Shown here piece after piece: positions 1 through 11,342 of a stretch of DNA of 64,000 nucleotides. This stretch comes from Epithemia pelagica. Its lineage: Eukaryota; Protista; Bacillariophyta. Every line of letters starts with the position of its first letter. Position 1 is the first letter of the stretch. A program made the position numbers and the translations under genes. The stretch spans positions 5,456,001 through 5,520,000 of the forward strand of contig OX337228.1 in assembly GCA_946965045.2 (NCBI GenBank), written 5' to 3'. Under the pieces are notes generated by a model. The model had not been told where the DNA came from, did not search any database, and worked only from the letters and a program-made list of their open reading frames with translations.

Positions 1-269
1 GAAGAAGGGGCACTGGATTGTGTTGGCGGGGCTGTAGTTAGGACAAATGATTGTTCACCTTCGTCTTCCGTGTATTTCTTGCCCTTTCCTTTCCCTTTCC
101 CTTTCCCTTTCCCATGGTCCTTTTCCTCATCGAGCCGTCTTCGACTCCTTGCACTCTTTCTGTTTTCCGCTCCTCTCGATCGACCAGCAGTCGCATAGAA
201 CGGTCTAGTGACTCTGGCAGCTATGGTTTCCGTGGCCAAGAGGGCGAGGCAAACAAGTAAATACAGCAT
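1..269 (-). CDS. 5' part of a secreted GK-repeat, P/T/S-rich protein (runs off the window edge)
   Basis: Manual translation from ATG at 269, open to position 1: MLYLLVCLALLATETIAARVTRPFYATAGRSRGAENRKSARSRRRLDEEKDHGKGKGKGKGKGKKYTEDEGEQSFVLTTAPPTQSSAPS. Hydrophobic signal peptide, RRL motif, (GK)n run. Not in the ORF track because it has no stop inside the window. Confidence 0.7.
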   Translation of the reverse strand, partial: MLYLLVCLALLATETIAARVTRPFYATAGRSRGAENRKSARSRRRLDEEKDHGKGKGKGKGKGKKYTEDEGEQSFVLTTAPPTQSSAPS

Positions 270-1060
270 CTTAACGATTGTGTGCGTTCTATTGTAAGGA
301 AGTGCTTTGTCCATTGTGGTCTAGAATGACTGCTGTTCACTTTGAAACTGTTTCCTGCCAGAGAGTAGACAAAGGTAGAAAGAAGCTCTCGTCACTCGTC
401 ACGGACTAAAAAGTGGAACCGGACGCATTTTGTGAACGGACGTCAATAATTCAAGCCAGAACAGATGTCGACCCTGCGCTATCAACGGACGACGAACTAT
501 AGAATGGTAAGTACAATGCTGGCGGGATAGAATGCCCGCTCGCAACGGGAAAGGTCAACGGAAAGGATACTAGATAAATTTTTGAACCTGCCAATCTTGT
601 CGGACTGCCATGTGCTCCAACGGATGCAAATTTGTGATAATTCAAGGCGCGACAATCGGTATGAATGTACCAATTGCATCCAACCAAAATCTTCTATGTG
701 AGTCGTTTAAAAGCATGTGCTCTCTGTATTGTATTCAGAAGCCAAGCGTGATCCATTTGAGCGGAAACTGTTGAAGCGCCAACGTATCCTTGTGTCGTGT
801 GGGAAAGGCGTGACTTCGGATTCACAGAATGCGAATGGTCAAAAAGTCCAATATCCCCAAGACCCACGGTCTGTTCGGTTTTTGTTGAACGGATAGATAC
901 CATGGGCCCAATTGCGCTGTCGGGACGGAGTCGGACGTAGACCGATCTAAGGTTACCGACCGACCGAGCTTGATGTCCGGAAGATGATAACAACACCCAA
1001 TATTTGACGAGACATAGCTTTGAGCAGTGATCGGTAAGGTATCCATGGTTGCTGTCTAGG

Positions 1061-1494
1061 CTGCCTCTAGTGCCTTCTATCTGGGTGTGCCCATTACGGG
1101 CGAAAACGTACCATTGGGCACATAGTTCAACTAGATAGAACTCAACCAATATTGGGCCTCCGGCAACACGTAGATGCTCAAACTTTTTCCTTAACACATC
1201 CTCTGTCACCATTGGATACTCCATGACACCCATCTATGACAAATCACATTGGATTCCAAGTGTGCCCACATGCCTAAAATTGAGCACAATGGAGGTCCTC
1301 ATATGACCTAGATATGTCATAGATGGGTGTCATGGAGTATCCAATGGTGACAGAGGATGTGTTAAGGAAAAAGTTTTAGCATCTACATGTTGCCGTAGGT
1401 CTAATATTGGTTGAGTTCTATCTAGTTGAAACTATGTGCCCAATGGTACGTTTTCGCCCGTAATGGGCACACCCAGAAAGAAGGCACTAGGCAG
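1061..1494. repeat. Long inverted repeat (foldback): arms ~1061-1245 and ~1311-1494, 65-bp spacer
   Basis: The reverse complement of 1061-1245 (gatttgtcatagatgggtgtcatggagtatccaatgg...aaggcactagaggcag) aligns with 1311-1494 (gatatgtcatagatgggtgtcatggagtatccaatgg...aaggcactaggcag). By eye there are about 7 substitutions and 2 small indels. Confidence 0.95.
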
Positions 1495-1597
1495 AAGTAG
1501 CTGTGAATAAGAAGCTGGATGATAATCACTCTTCTGGAATCGAAGAAACAAAGAAGCAATTCATTACTACGTAAATTTCTTTGGGTCAAAGGTGCAT

Positions 1598-4588
1598 CTA
1601 GATTTCGCCTGCGGTCGAATCGTTCAGTGCATTGCCAACTTCTGAGTTGGATTCGAAACTACTCGTGTCGGTAAAAAATACACCGAGTCTCCTGAAAACA
1701 GGTTGGTTCTTGAACTCATTCTTTTGCTTTGTCATCGTGGCCCGCAGAACCTCGACTTCTGACTCTTTCGTGGCAACTTGACCATCCATTATTGCAACCT
1801 GCTTTTGCAATGATTGGGCTGTTTCACATGTTTTTTGAAGCTTGTTTTCTGTCTCACGCTGTTGTTTCAAGTGTTCGGCGGCTTGTTGAACAATCTCCGC
1901 GTTCGTTTCTGCCAATTTCGACTTAATTTGTTTAACCTCATCTCGTAGCGTTTTGGCTTCTTCTTCGCTAACCTGGAGTTTGGCTTTGCTGGCCATCCGT
2001 TCCCTCTCCAACTCATTCGTGAAACGGGCGACCTCACTTCTAAGCCGATCGACCTCACCTTTAGACGTAGTCAACTCGTGTTCCATCGTCTCATGCTCTT
2101 TCTCTTGTTGTTCGGCTGTTCGTAGCTTCTCTGTCAAAGAACTAACCTCCGTGGTCAAACTGGCTACTCGCTCTGTCAGTATCTCTATCTCCTGTTCTTT
2201 CCTCGAAATATCTTTTTCCATTTTCGATGTTTCTTCAACATGGATATGGACACTGCGTTCCAACTTGCCAAGTTCGATTCTCAGGTGACTAACTTCTTTC
2301 TGAACGTCTTGGTCGTTGCTAGCCCTTTCGGATTTGAGCCCTTGAACCAAAGTCTTGAGCTCCATCGTTTCGCCTTCTAGTTGCTGTCGCATGACATCGT
2401 GACTTTCTTCCAACGTAGCGACTTGCTTTTCTGCGGCAAGCCGTGCAGCGTGTGACTCTGCAAGTTGTGCACGTAGGGCAACGGCTTCTGCTTTTGCTGC
2501 CACAGAATATCCTGTTGAATCTTGACTCGAATGTACATCTACATCGTCTGATGAACAACGTTGATCAGCGATTAATCGGCTTCCATGGCTCCCTTGATCA
2601 TTTTCGTGGCGACGCGTAACCTGTATAGTCTGCACTAACTCTGAGAGCTTTTCCTCCTTTTTTCTCAACGTTTTTCTTCTTGAATCTAATGTGTAATCTG
2701 GCCCATCGCTCACCGGATCAACTTCTTTGCTTCCGACGCTATTTCGGTCTGAAGCTGAAAGTCGAGCCGTCTCTTTGGCTTTTAGTAATGCTCCACGAAG
2801 AACTGTCATTTCATCTTCTAGGTCTCTGACCTGGGCGGACAACTCTTCCTTCGATCTCATTTCTTTTCGCAGCTTTTCCTCTACTTCCACACGTTCTCGA
2901 AATAGCTTTTCTGTCGAATCCTCCGACACTTGTAGTTTTTGCTGCAGTGTATCGATGGTCCCTTGTTGGGACCTTCTTTGGACTTCAAAGCCCATTTCTT
3001 TTGCCGATGGTGACTGGACACCAGCTGGGATTCCTTGGTTCTCCTTATTCATCCCCGAATGTTTTTCGTTTGTCTGGTTCTTAGACTCCTGCTTTACATT
3101 TTTCAATTCAGGAGCTGAAATATCAACAGCCGGTGTAACAACAGTGTCATCATGAGTATGGGTGGACACTAACTTTGGGGGATCGGATGACGCAGGGAGG
3201 AGACTTTGAGAGTAATTCGTAGTACTGATCGTTGTGGCGATTGTTGAGAATCCCTCATGAATATCTTGGTGGAACATGGACAATCGTACCGCCCGAAGGT
3301 TGCTAAATTCGTTGGCATATTGCTCTAACATGGCAGAGTAGGCCGTATGTGGTACATGCTGAGGCGGAGAATTGGTACGATGTGAACGAGTCACGTCTTT
3401 GGCTTGAGGCGAAACCGCATCTGGTTGATGCCGTTCCTCCCTCATCTCACTTTGCTGAGAAACCAAGAGACTGTTATTGTCTCCGTGTAACTCATCGTCT
3501 GCCCTCTCCATTTCCATGACGTTTCCTGGAACTATCGACTTTCCGGGGGTGCGGCGAACATTCTCCTTTGAGTGAGGAGGCACATCCAAGATATCATCGT
3601 CTTGGCTTTCATGCAGAGATGTTGACGTTCCCCCTGTATGTTTGGTGTCCCTCGTTGCCGTATCATCTTGTGGCGTGCAACGCTCCCGATGGGTGAGAAA
3701 CAAATCATCATCCCCTCGATGGGCATGTTGCGCAACACATTCCTGTTGGTATATATCTGCTGAGATGACAAGACATTCCTTTACCCTGGACCCCACTGTG
3801 ACTCCAGTCCGGAGACAACCACGAATGCCGTCCGTGAGAGCCGTATCATCGTCATAACGTGCCTTCCTCTTCCATTCTTCCGTTCGGCTTTCCCTGCTTT
3901 TATGGGAAGACTGCGATCGATGCGACACCCGACGCTCAGCTTCAATGGATCTTGCTGCCCTGCTGGTTCGGTATGTTGTGATGCTGTGGCGATGGGGTTC
4001 CGGTGAGCCGGAACTCAGACTGTTTGTACTGGGGGTGCTAGGGGAGTTATCGCGACCGTAAGTACCAATTTCATTTCGTGATCGACGTTGTGGTCTCTTC
4101 GTTGGCTGCTCTTGTTGTGGTCTGCGTTTCGGTTCACTTCGCGTACGCTGCTCTTGCAGTGGGAACTTGGTCGGATCGTTGCTGTCTGTGAGAGAACTGG
4201 TGGACTCTATCTGATTCAAGGCTGGAGCGTTCGTTGGTTTTATTTTCGAATGCTTCTCGCTCGAACTGTAACCTTTCTTGTTTCTACTCTTCTCGGTAGA
4301 AGAACTTCGCGGTTTCTTTCTGGTTTCGATAATGCGGGGTTGACTGTATGTCTTTTGTACGTTTGTCCGATTCCGAGGTGATTTCGCTCTGTTGGTTGAC
4401 ATACTGCTAGAAAGAGGCGTCGGTGAGCTGACAATCTCTTCGATGGATCGACCCTGATGAACAGGGGAGTGACGATGCTGTGTTCGCGAAGTAGTTCGAC
4501 CCAAACTAATTGTAGAAGGAGGATGCTGCACCTTTGCTTGCGTCGATCTCTTCTTGCTTTCACTTCGTTTCTTGCTTTCCCCTCCCAT
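1598..4588 (-). CDS. Hypothetical protein: disordered S/R/T-rich N-terminus and long C-terminal coiled coil (996 aa)
   Basis: Uninterrupted 996-aa ORF with a real ATG at 4588. The C-terminal half is E/K/L/Q-rich with a heptad-like pattern. No recognisable catalytic motif. Confidence 0.8.
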   Translation of the reverse strand: MGGESKKRSESKKRSTQAKVQHPPSTISLGRTTSRTQHRHSPVHQGRSIEEIVSSPTPLSSSMSTNRAKSPRNRTNVQKTYSQPRIIETRKKPRSSSTEKSRNKKGYSSSEKHSKIKPTNAPALNQIESTSSLTDSNDPTKFPLQEQRTRSEPKRRPQQEQPTKRPQRRSRNEIGTYGRDNSPSTPSTNSLSSGSPEPHRHSITTYRTSRAARSIEAERRVSHRSQSSHKSRESRTEEWKRKARYDDDTALTDGIRGCLRTGVTVGSRVKECLVISADIYQQECVAQHAHRGDDDLFLTHRERCTPQDDTATRDTKHTGGTSTSLHESQDDDILDVPPHSKENVRRTPGKSIVPGNVMEMERADDELHGDNNSLLVSQQSEMREERHQPDAVSPQAKDVTRSHRTNSPPQHVPHTAYSAMLEQYANEFSNLRAVRLSMFHQDIHEGFSTIATTISTTNYSQSLLPASSDPPKLVSTHTHDDTVVTPAVDISAPELKNVKQESKNQTNEKHSGMNKENQGIPAGVQSPSAKEMGFEVQRRSQQGTIDTLQQKLQVSEDSTEKLFRERVEVEEKLRKEMRSKEELSAQVRDLEDEMTVLRGALLKAKETARLSASDRNSVGSKEVDPVSDGPDYTLDSRRKTLRKKEEKLSELVQTIQVTRRHENDQGSHGSRLIADQRCSSDDVDVHSSQDSTGYSVAAKAEAVALRAQLAESHAARLAAEKQVATLEESHDVMRQQLEGETMELKTLVQGLKSERASNDQDVQKEVSHLRIELGKLERSVHIHVEETSKMEKDISRKEQEIEILTERVASLTTEVSSLTEKLRTAEQQEKEHETMEHELTTSKGEVDRLRSEVARFTNELERERMASKAKLQVSEEEAKTLRDEVKQIKSKLAETNAEIVQQAAEHLKQQRETENKLQKTCETAQSLQKQVAIMDGQVATKESEVEVLRATMTKQKNEFKNQPVFRRLGVFFTDTSSFESNSEVGNALNDSTAGEI

Positions 4589-5509
4589 TTTGAAGGAGAA
4601 GTCAGATTGGTATACTTGGAAAACGACTCTGCTTTCGATTCTTAAACAGGCTCATCCAAAGTAGTCCGTCCTGTTGCTCTCACAATAAAGTTGGACCCAA
4701 TACATCTACCGGCGCGGTCCTGATAACAAAAAACAAGAGCTGCGAAGCTGCTCCAATGTCCGGACCTGCTTTGTGGACTGGCTGAAAGCGAAATAGACGA
4801 ATACAAGAAAAACCGTCAAACACACGAAAGACGCTCACTCCTCACTCCCCTCGCAAGAACCAGATATGTCCAACGGAGAGACAAAGCCGTTGGACTACTC
4901 ATTCGGTACTCAAACTCTTCAACCATGATGGGAAGGCATATGTAGATACGATATATCTGAAAGGGGAGGCAATTATAACCACAAGTATACTTTCGATACT
5001 CTTACAAACTACAACCTGGCGAAGGAGTATTGTACTCGTACAGACAGTCAGTAGCAGTATTCCTATTGTAATCCTACGAGTATTCATATTGGTTCACTTT
5101 TTAATTTTTACGTAACGCCGGCGCGGTCAATCGGATCTGCCTGTGCCATTTACCACTATTGCCCATAAACCTCGCCACGTGCCAGATCTCTACAAGACGA
5201 GTACGCGTACAAGACGAGTTCTCTCACTTTATTGTTTTTGAATTTTGAGGACCTTCACTTTTCTTTTTAGGAAACTTTAATTCGGGATTCGGGGCTCCAA
5301 TCTCCAATAGGCTCTGCCGAGAGACTTGACAAGCGCCTGGAGGAATGGATCGCTGTGCTCAACTGTTGGGATGCGCAATTTACAGAAGCGATTCCACGCA
5401 GTATCTCCTGTCGCGGCAACAAGTCGCTTTCATTGTAATCACTGTTGTCACAAGCGACAGATTTAATTTTCACCACTTTCAAGTGGAACCGAAAAGGTAC
5501 TCATGTCAC

Positions 5510-7715
5510 TCAGTCTCCTTCGATTATTGTCGTGTTACGAGGACGCTGGTTTCCGCTTTCAAAGAAGCCAATATTCTCTGGGATGAAAAGATTTAAAGCT
5601 TGAACACCCTTGTTTGTCATGTGATTACCGGGTACATGGAGCCTCTTGAGGTTGTTCGAATTCATGCAAATTTTGGCAATGTCCAGAGCGCCCCTGTCTG
5701 TAATCATATTGTAGCCCAACTGAACCTCCTGAAGAGGTTCAAATGATATTATTCCCGCAAAACAGTGGTCGGATAACTGATTGTGAGATAGGTTCAAGGA
5801 GTACGTTGTCGGATGCGCGGGGTCAGAGATGGCCGCAAACAAATCTTGTGCGCCGCGGTCACCGATTCGATTCATTTTAAGATCGAGTCTCTGGATTGTG
5901 CGATTCCTTCGTAGCATGTTGGAAAGGAACGACGCGCCTTCATTCGTAATTTTGCAAGAAGTCAGGGACAGCACAGTCAGATTCTGATTGTACACAAGCG
6001 ACTGTGCAATAAAAGCAGCCCCACGATCCCCCATTACTGTATTCTGAAGGCATAGACGGTTGAGGTTGATACTGTTTTGGCTTATCACAGTGTTCGCCAG
6101 GGTCTGGACACCACGACTTGTCACCGCTTGCAGACCGTCCAGACTCTTGAACGTGACCAAAGGGAGAGTCGGTCTGTATTCATCAAGATGCCGGCAAATG
6201 CAAATCATTTCCTCGTCTCCCACCTTAAGATTCAGTTGAGGCATTCGACGCCTTGTCTCGATCAAACGAAGTTTCTCTCCCAACCAAGTTTGTAGGGATT
6301 GTCGAAATCGAAAAGCCCCGGAGAGACGAGCAATGCCGATATCTGTCATGCGTTTGTTTTCTTCCCATTTCAGGTGATCAAGCGTAAAGCGGTCCGTGCA
6401 AACAATTTCGGCGAGTCGAACAGCCCCCTGATTTCCAATTTGATTTCCCGTCAAGTCAAGTTCCTTCAATGTGGAGTTAACGACAAGCGCATGGCAGAAC
6501 GAACTTGCCCCGGCATCACCAATCGCATTACTAGCCAAATTCAGTTTTTCCAGGATAAAGTCACCCTCCAAGAATGCAGCCAATTCCACTGCACCGGAAT
6601 CGTGGATGCGATTAAAACTGAGATCAAGATGGCACAAATATGATATGGAATACTCTGTGCAACCTAGGCCTTGACAGAGAAGGGTTGCACCCTCGTCATC
6701 CACATGACAGGATGACAAAACAAGCTCACGTATCGTATGCGATCGCTCTAAAAGTAAGGCACAATACTTGACTCCATCAAGGGTCAGTTTGTTGTGACTG
6801 AAAATCAGTTTTTCAAGGCGGGTGTTGCCAAACTCCAGCATTGTACCTGTAATGTGCTCAACGGCTGCAGGCAAAAACCACAAAAAGGACGCATTTGTAA
6901 GGAACGCACAGGTGACATTGAAAGGAATAACTGTTGTCATCCGACGTACCACTGTCAGTGAGGTTGTTGTTCGTTAAATTCAATTCCCTAAGAGGACAAG
7001 AGCTGCAAATCCGATACATTAAGAGAGATCGAGTGAGTACCAACTCTAATGAGGATGAACAAGCCAACCCATTCCATCATCTATACCTCAAGTGTGGGTT
7101 GAGAATGCAAGCCAACTCCGTAGCATGTATTCTCATGTTATTTTGAGACAGATCCAACTGCTCGAGAAATTCGTTGGCACATAGCGCTTCTGCCAGCTTT
7201 TTGACACAATTTTTATTGTTCAAACTATTTTTTCCAAGGTTGAGCGAAGTGATGCTTCGGTTGCGCAGTAAAATAAGAGATATTTGTTTGGCGCATGCTT
7301 TCCCCAAATGATTGTTGAACAGATTAAGTGTTCTCAGGGTACATCGTTCTGTGGCAAGCGCCCGGGCGAGTTTTTTTAGACCATCCGCTTCAACCTTATT
7401 GCCACTTAGGTCCAGTTCACGCAAGCTTCCAACAATATCTAGTATTCTCGCCAAGCTATCGCCACAGTGCGATGTCAAGCAATTGTTGGATAGTGATAGT
7501 CTTTGCAAACAGATCCGTTTGCTATCATCGTTGCGTACAATGTCTGCAAATTGTCCAAGGTCATCGTCTTTCCACAACTGTCCTTCCACCGAGAGTTCTC
7601 GAACTAAATGTTTGCGTTCATCAAAGTACCTGAGCACGTCCTCCGACTTTAAGCGAGGTGACCCGTCATCGTTGTTGTCGAACTTGGCAATCACCATGAG
7701 CGGTGATGCGCTCAC
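5510..7715 (-). CDS. RNI-like leucine-rich repeat protein (NLRC3/CARMIL-like LRRs), 3 exons
   Basis: Many LxxLxLxxNxIxxxGA repeats (LRELDLSGNKVEADG, LKELDLTGNQIGNQGA). Introns 7086-7003 (gtatag...tgcag) and 6949-6865 (gtacgt...tgcag) join ORFs 7077..7715, part of 6858..7067 and 5510..6952 in frame (HLS|SCPLRELNLTNNNLTDS|AVEH). Confidence 0.88.
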
Positions 7716-8580
7716 AATGGTTTCGTAGTGTGAAAATTCTATTTCCGTCTTCTATCGAGAGCCTCGGCCCTTGCCTTCTTACAGTACACTTTCGCCTTCG
7801 CAAGGAGATTGGGATGCTCTCTTTCTTGCAAGGGACAAGGTCGTTACCTGTGCACGTTGTATTTCACATCAACATCAACAAAAGCATCAACCTCTGCTAT
7901 CAATTTAGGGGGGCGCCGATCATTACGATGAACTATACAGGACGAGCCGTGTTAGCGTTGCGCTGTCGCGCATTGAGCAATGCACACTGCACAGCGATGA
8001 CAGTACTGAAATGCGCTATGTATTGTACATGGCACGACTTATTGGTCATCATGTCAGTCCTCCACCTCCTGCCTGCACCTTCACCACCTGCACCACGTTC
8101 GTTTGGGGGTACAGTAAACCCCGATTTTGTACTTTAGTACTATTTTTCACTTCTCTCGAAGGATCATAACCTATTAAGGGCTGGTCATTGCACGTTTTAT
8201 TTTTCACTAGGGTTAAAGTTATAAATTGGAAAATCACCACCGCACCATGACGCTCTGTTTTTGATGTCGCCGTTCATCAGATCAAGACTCTGATAGAGGT
8301 CGAAGCCTCTTGAGTGTCGAAACAAGTAAGCATTCAATACGATGTGTGAGTTTCGTGCGAAAAATTGAAGGATTGGTAGAGATGAAGTCATTCATCGGAG
8401 ATGCTATGTGTTTTTTTGCCATTTTGCTTGTGCTGCTCCGTTTACATTGTTATTTGTCTATTTCACTTTCTCACAACCTGGTACTTCTTCATTTGTAATC
8501 AAAGCGATATGGAGTGCTGGTGTAGTGGGGAAATACAGCTTTACATAGCTTACCACTCAAAAACAGCTCTGTTTGGCACG

Positions 8581-9489
8581 ATGGCAAACAACAATCAACG
8601 AACAAACGAGGAAACAGAGGCTGTTTTGGCTAGTGTAGAGCACTGGTAAGCCTTCATTCTATGGTTTATTCTTTGCATTAGTATCTGTGTCGAATTCTAA
8701 TCCCTTTTTTCCAGGACGACTGCCCTGGAGACAACAAGCCAGAATACAACAACAACCACAACAATTGAGACAAACCCAGCCTTCTCCACAGTCCATGTCG
8801 ACCGTTCCTAGTAATTCCTCGATACAAAGGGAAACCGTACCGGTTTTTATTTTTGCCCTGTACTGCGAACTGCGATGGAATCCTTTGGCCGCCGCCGATG
8901 CAAACTCGAACACTACGGGCGGATCAAAATCATCCTCTCACCAACCACTGCTGTCGCCTCCATTGTGCTTTTCCGATGCACAATGCACTGTCATGTGATT
9001 TCGTGGAGGATTTCTATGCCATGATTGGGCCCCAGTACATTTCCAAATCTGTGGAGCGGAGATTCGAAGTCGTTGGCAAACCTATGCAACACACTCCCCT
9101 GACTCGCGCCCTACTAGAACGAGTCAAGGAACGAGCTCGCTTGTTGGTGTCGCCTCACGTGACGACGCGTCCTGTGGTCAACAATGCGGCATCCTTATTG
9201 GATCCGAAACGCCTCGAGTTTTATCAAGCCACGACATTGTTGGCCGTATATTCCCTGCGAGGTATTACCCGTCGATCCAAAACCACGTGCTTTTCTCGTC
9301 GGAGTGCCGGTATCCTTGCGGGTCAAGGCCAACGCAACTCGATTTATGTCGTGGATGATTTTGACTGGTTTGGTGTGGGCTACGCAGTGTGGGTCGAACC
9401 ACTCCTTCTCCACAGTCCATGTTGACCGTGCTGACCGTTCAAGGATGACAACACTCCACCTCTTCTGCCTGGACGACTTTAGATTTTGA
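8581..9489 (+). pseudogene. Possible disrupted gene or gene fragment
   Basis: ATG at 8581 is followed by a gtaag donor near 8646 and a ttttccag acceptor near 8714, but the spliced frame stops after about 30 codons. Protein-like text continues in other frames (8853..9425, 9184..9489). No family recognised. Confidence 0.25.
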
Positions 9490-10295
9490 AATCCACTCAC
9501 TCACAGTCATCCCCATTATCAGGCACAACACACAACCTGTCCATACCCACCACCGATGACCCATCCATTGGTGTACGGCATTGTGGAAGCACACACAACA
9601 ACGTTGGGACAACGCAATCCCTATGGTGCACGATGCAGTGCATATCAATCGCTAGTCTACTAGTATGAAGAGGCTATCGCATTAAAATCTAAGCACATAC
9701 TCATGATCTGGATCATCGATCATCGTCTTCTGTTGTCTTCTACTAGAGAGAGCTACGTAGGAGTAGGAGTATTTCGATTCTCATGAGATAGCACAAATCC
9801 GACAGTGTCGAAAGCCGACAGCGATGATCATGATCAGAGTTGTTGGAGGCTACTACTTGAGCGGAAGATGGCAAAAACAGTGCAATCGCGAACACTTTCG
9901 AGGAGATTATGGACAACTATCATCTGAATACAGCTGTGCAAAGTGTTCGCGATTGGAGAACTACATCCCGCGGTATCACCAATCACCATCGTCGATATAT
10001 GCAAATCAGACGAGTTCAGCACTTCAAAAAATGCGACGAACAGTGGAGGGTCGGCCGGCGAAGCCCTACAACCTAGAGACCAAGACCAAGTGGATACTGT
10101 ACCCATAATATTACAATACAAAATCGGCTCCGAAGCGAACGTGCACCCTGCACCCTGCACCTTCACCCGCAACCCGCACCCGCACCCGATGCCGGTCGCG
10201 GAATGCATTGGGAAAGCCACCGAAGGACGTCGACAATCTATTCCATCCAAGGATTTCATTCATCGATTCTATTGCGTTGAAAACAACGAGAAACC

Positions 10296-11014
10296 ATGGC
10301 AGCAACAAACACAGCTCCCATCAAATGGGCTCAACGTAGTGATTCTCTCTATCTTACGATCGCACTACCAGGTAAGAAGTGAATGGCTCCGAGGCCATGC
10401 TACGCAACGGTCGTGAACTGGAAGTTTTCGATGGTCGAATCATGCTTCTCAGAAAACCTTATTTCTCATCGTTGTTAACAGATGTAAAGGACGAGACAAT
10501 TCAATTGACAGATACGGCTTTGGTTTTCAAAGGAAAATCTCAGGACAAGGACTATGAGGTGAACATTGCATTCTTCAAACCCGTTGACTCGGAAGGTTCT
10601 ACCTACAAGGTTTTGCCGCGAAGCATTCAAATGCATGTCATGAAAAAGGACAAGGAAGATGGTGACTTCTGGCCTCGTCTTTTGGAAGACAAGAATTTGG
10701 AGAAGAATCAAGTTAAGATTGACTGGGATCGATACGTTGATGAGGACGAAGAAGAGGAAGGTTTCGATACGTCGGCACTGGAAGGTGGTATGGGAATGGG
10801 CGGTATGCCAGGCATGGGAGGAATGGGCGGCATGCCAGGCATGGGAGGAATGGGTGGAATGCCAGGCATGGGAGGACCCGGTGGTATGGATATGGAAGCT
10901 CTTATGAAGCAAATGGGTGGTATGGGGGCAATGGGAGATGCCGGTGATATGGGCGGTGATGACGGCGACGATGACGACGATGATGATTTGCCAGAATTGG
11001 AAGAAGCCAATTAA
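10296..11014 (+). CDS. HSP90 co-chaperone p23 (SBA1/PTGES3-like, CS domain), 2 exons
   Basis: Exon 1 (10296-10371) reads MAATNTAPIKWAQRSDSLYLTIALP. Intron 10372-10481 (gtaag...aacag). Exon 2 contains WPRLL and KIDWDRYVDEDEE, then a GGM-rich and acidic tail typical of p23. Confidence 0.93.
10796..10876 (+). repeat. 3 x 27-bp coding tandem repeat (MGGMPGMGG) in the p23 tail
   Basis: atggg(c/t)gg(t/c/a)atgccaggcatgggagga at 10796, 10823 and 10850. Confidence 0.9.
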
Positions 11015-11342
11015 CTTCCTTCTTCGTACTTTGGGGCAATGACTAAGTTGGCCGTCGAAGCTGTGTGTCGGTGCAGCATTTTATCAAGAGGCACCTGTTC
11101 CAACCTCACGAACTAAACCATATGACAGAAAATTTGTTTCATTACATGGCGATGCAGGAAGGATATGGTGTTCTTGTTCTCTCCGATTCGAATGGGATGA
11201 CAATGCTCAAGGCGCACGTGCTGAATTACTTAGAGAGGATTGTCTTATTTTTTGTTCATTTTTCTGCAGAGTCAATTTTGTTATTTGAGTTTCAGCGTAT
11301 AATGCGGTGTAGTTGCTAGCGTGCGAAATAGACGTTTCGTTC

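Noticed and set aside
694-1233. 179-aa minus-strand ORF overlapping the inverted repeat
   Set aside because: No recognisable motif or coding-like composition, and the same frame is disrupted in the other arm. Treated as incidental.
10796-10876. Regularly spaced repeats as a CRISPR-like array (also 44470-44919)
   Set aside because: Contiguous in-frame coding repeats without unique spacers, in a eukaryotic gene context with no cas genes.
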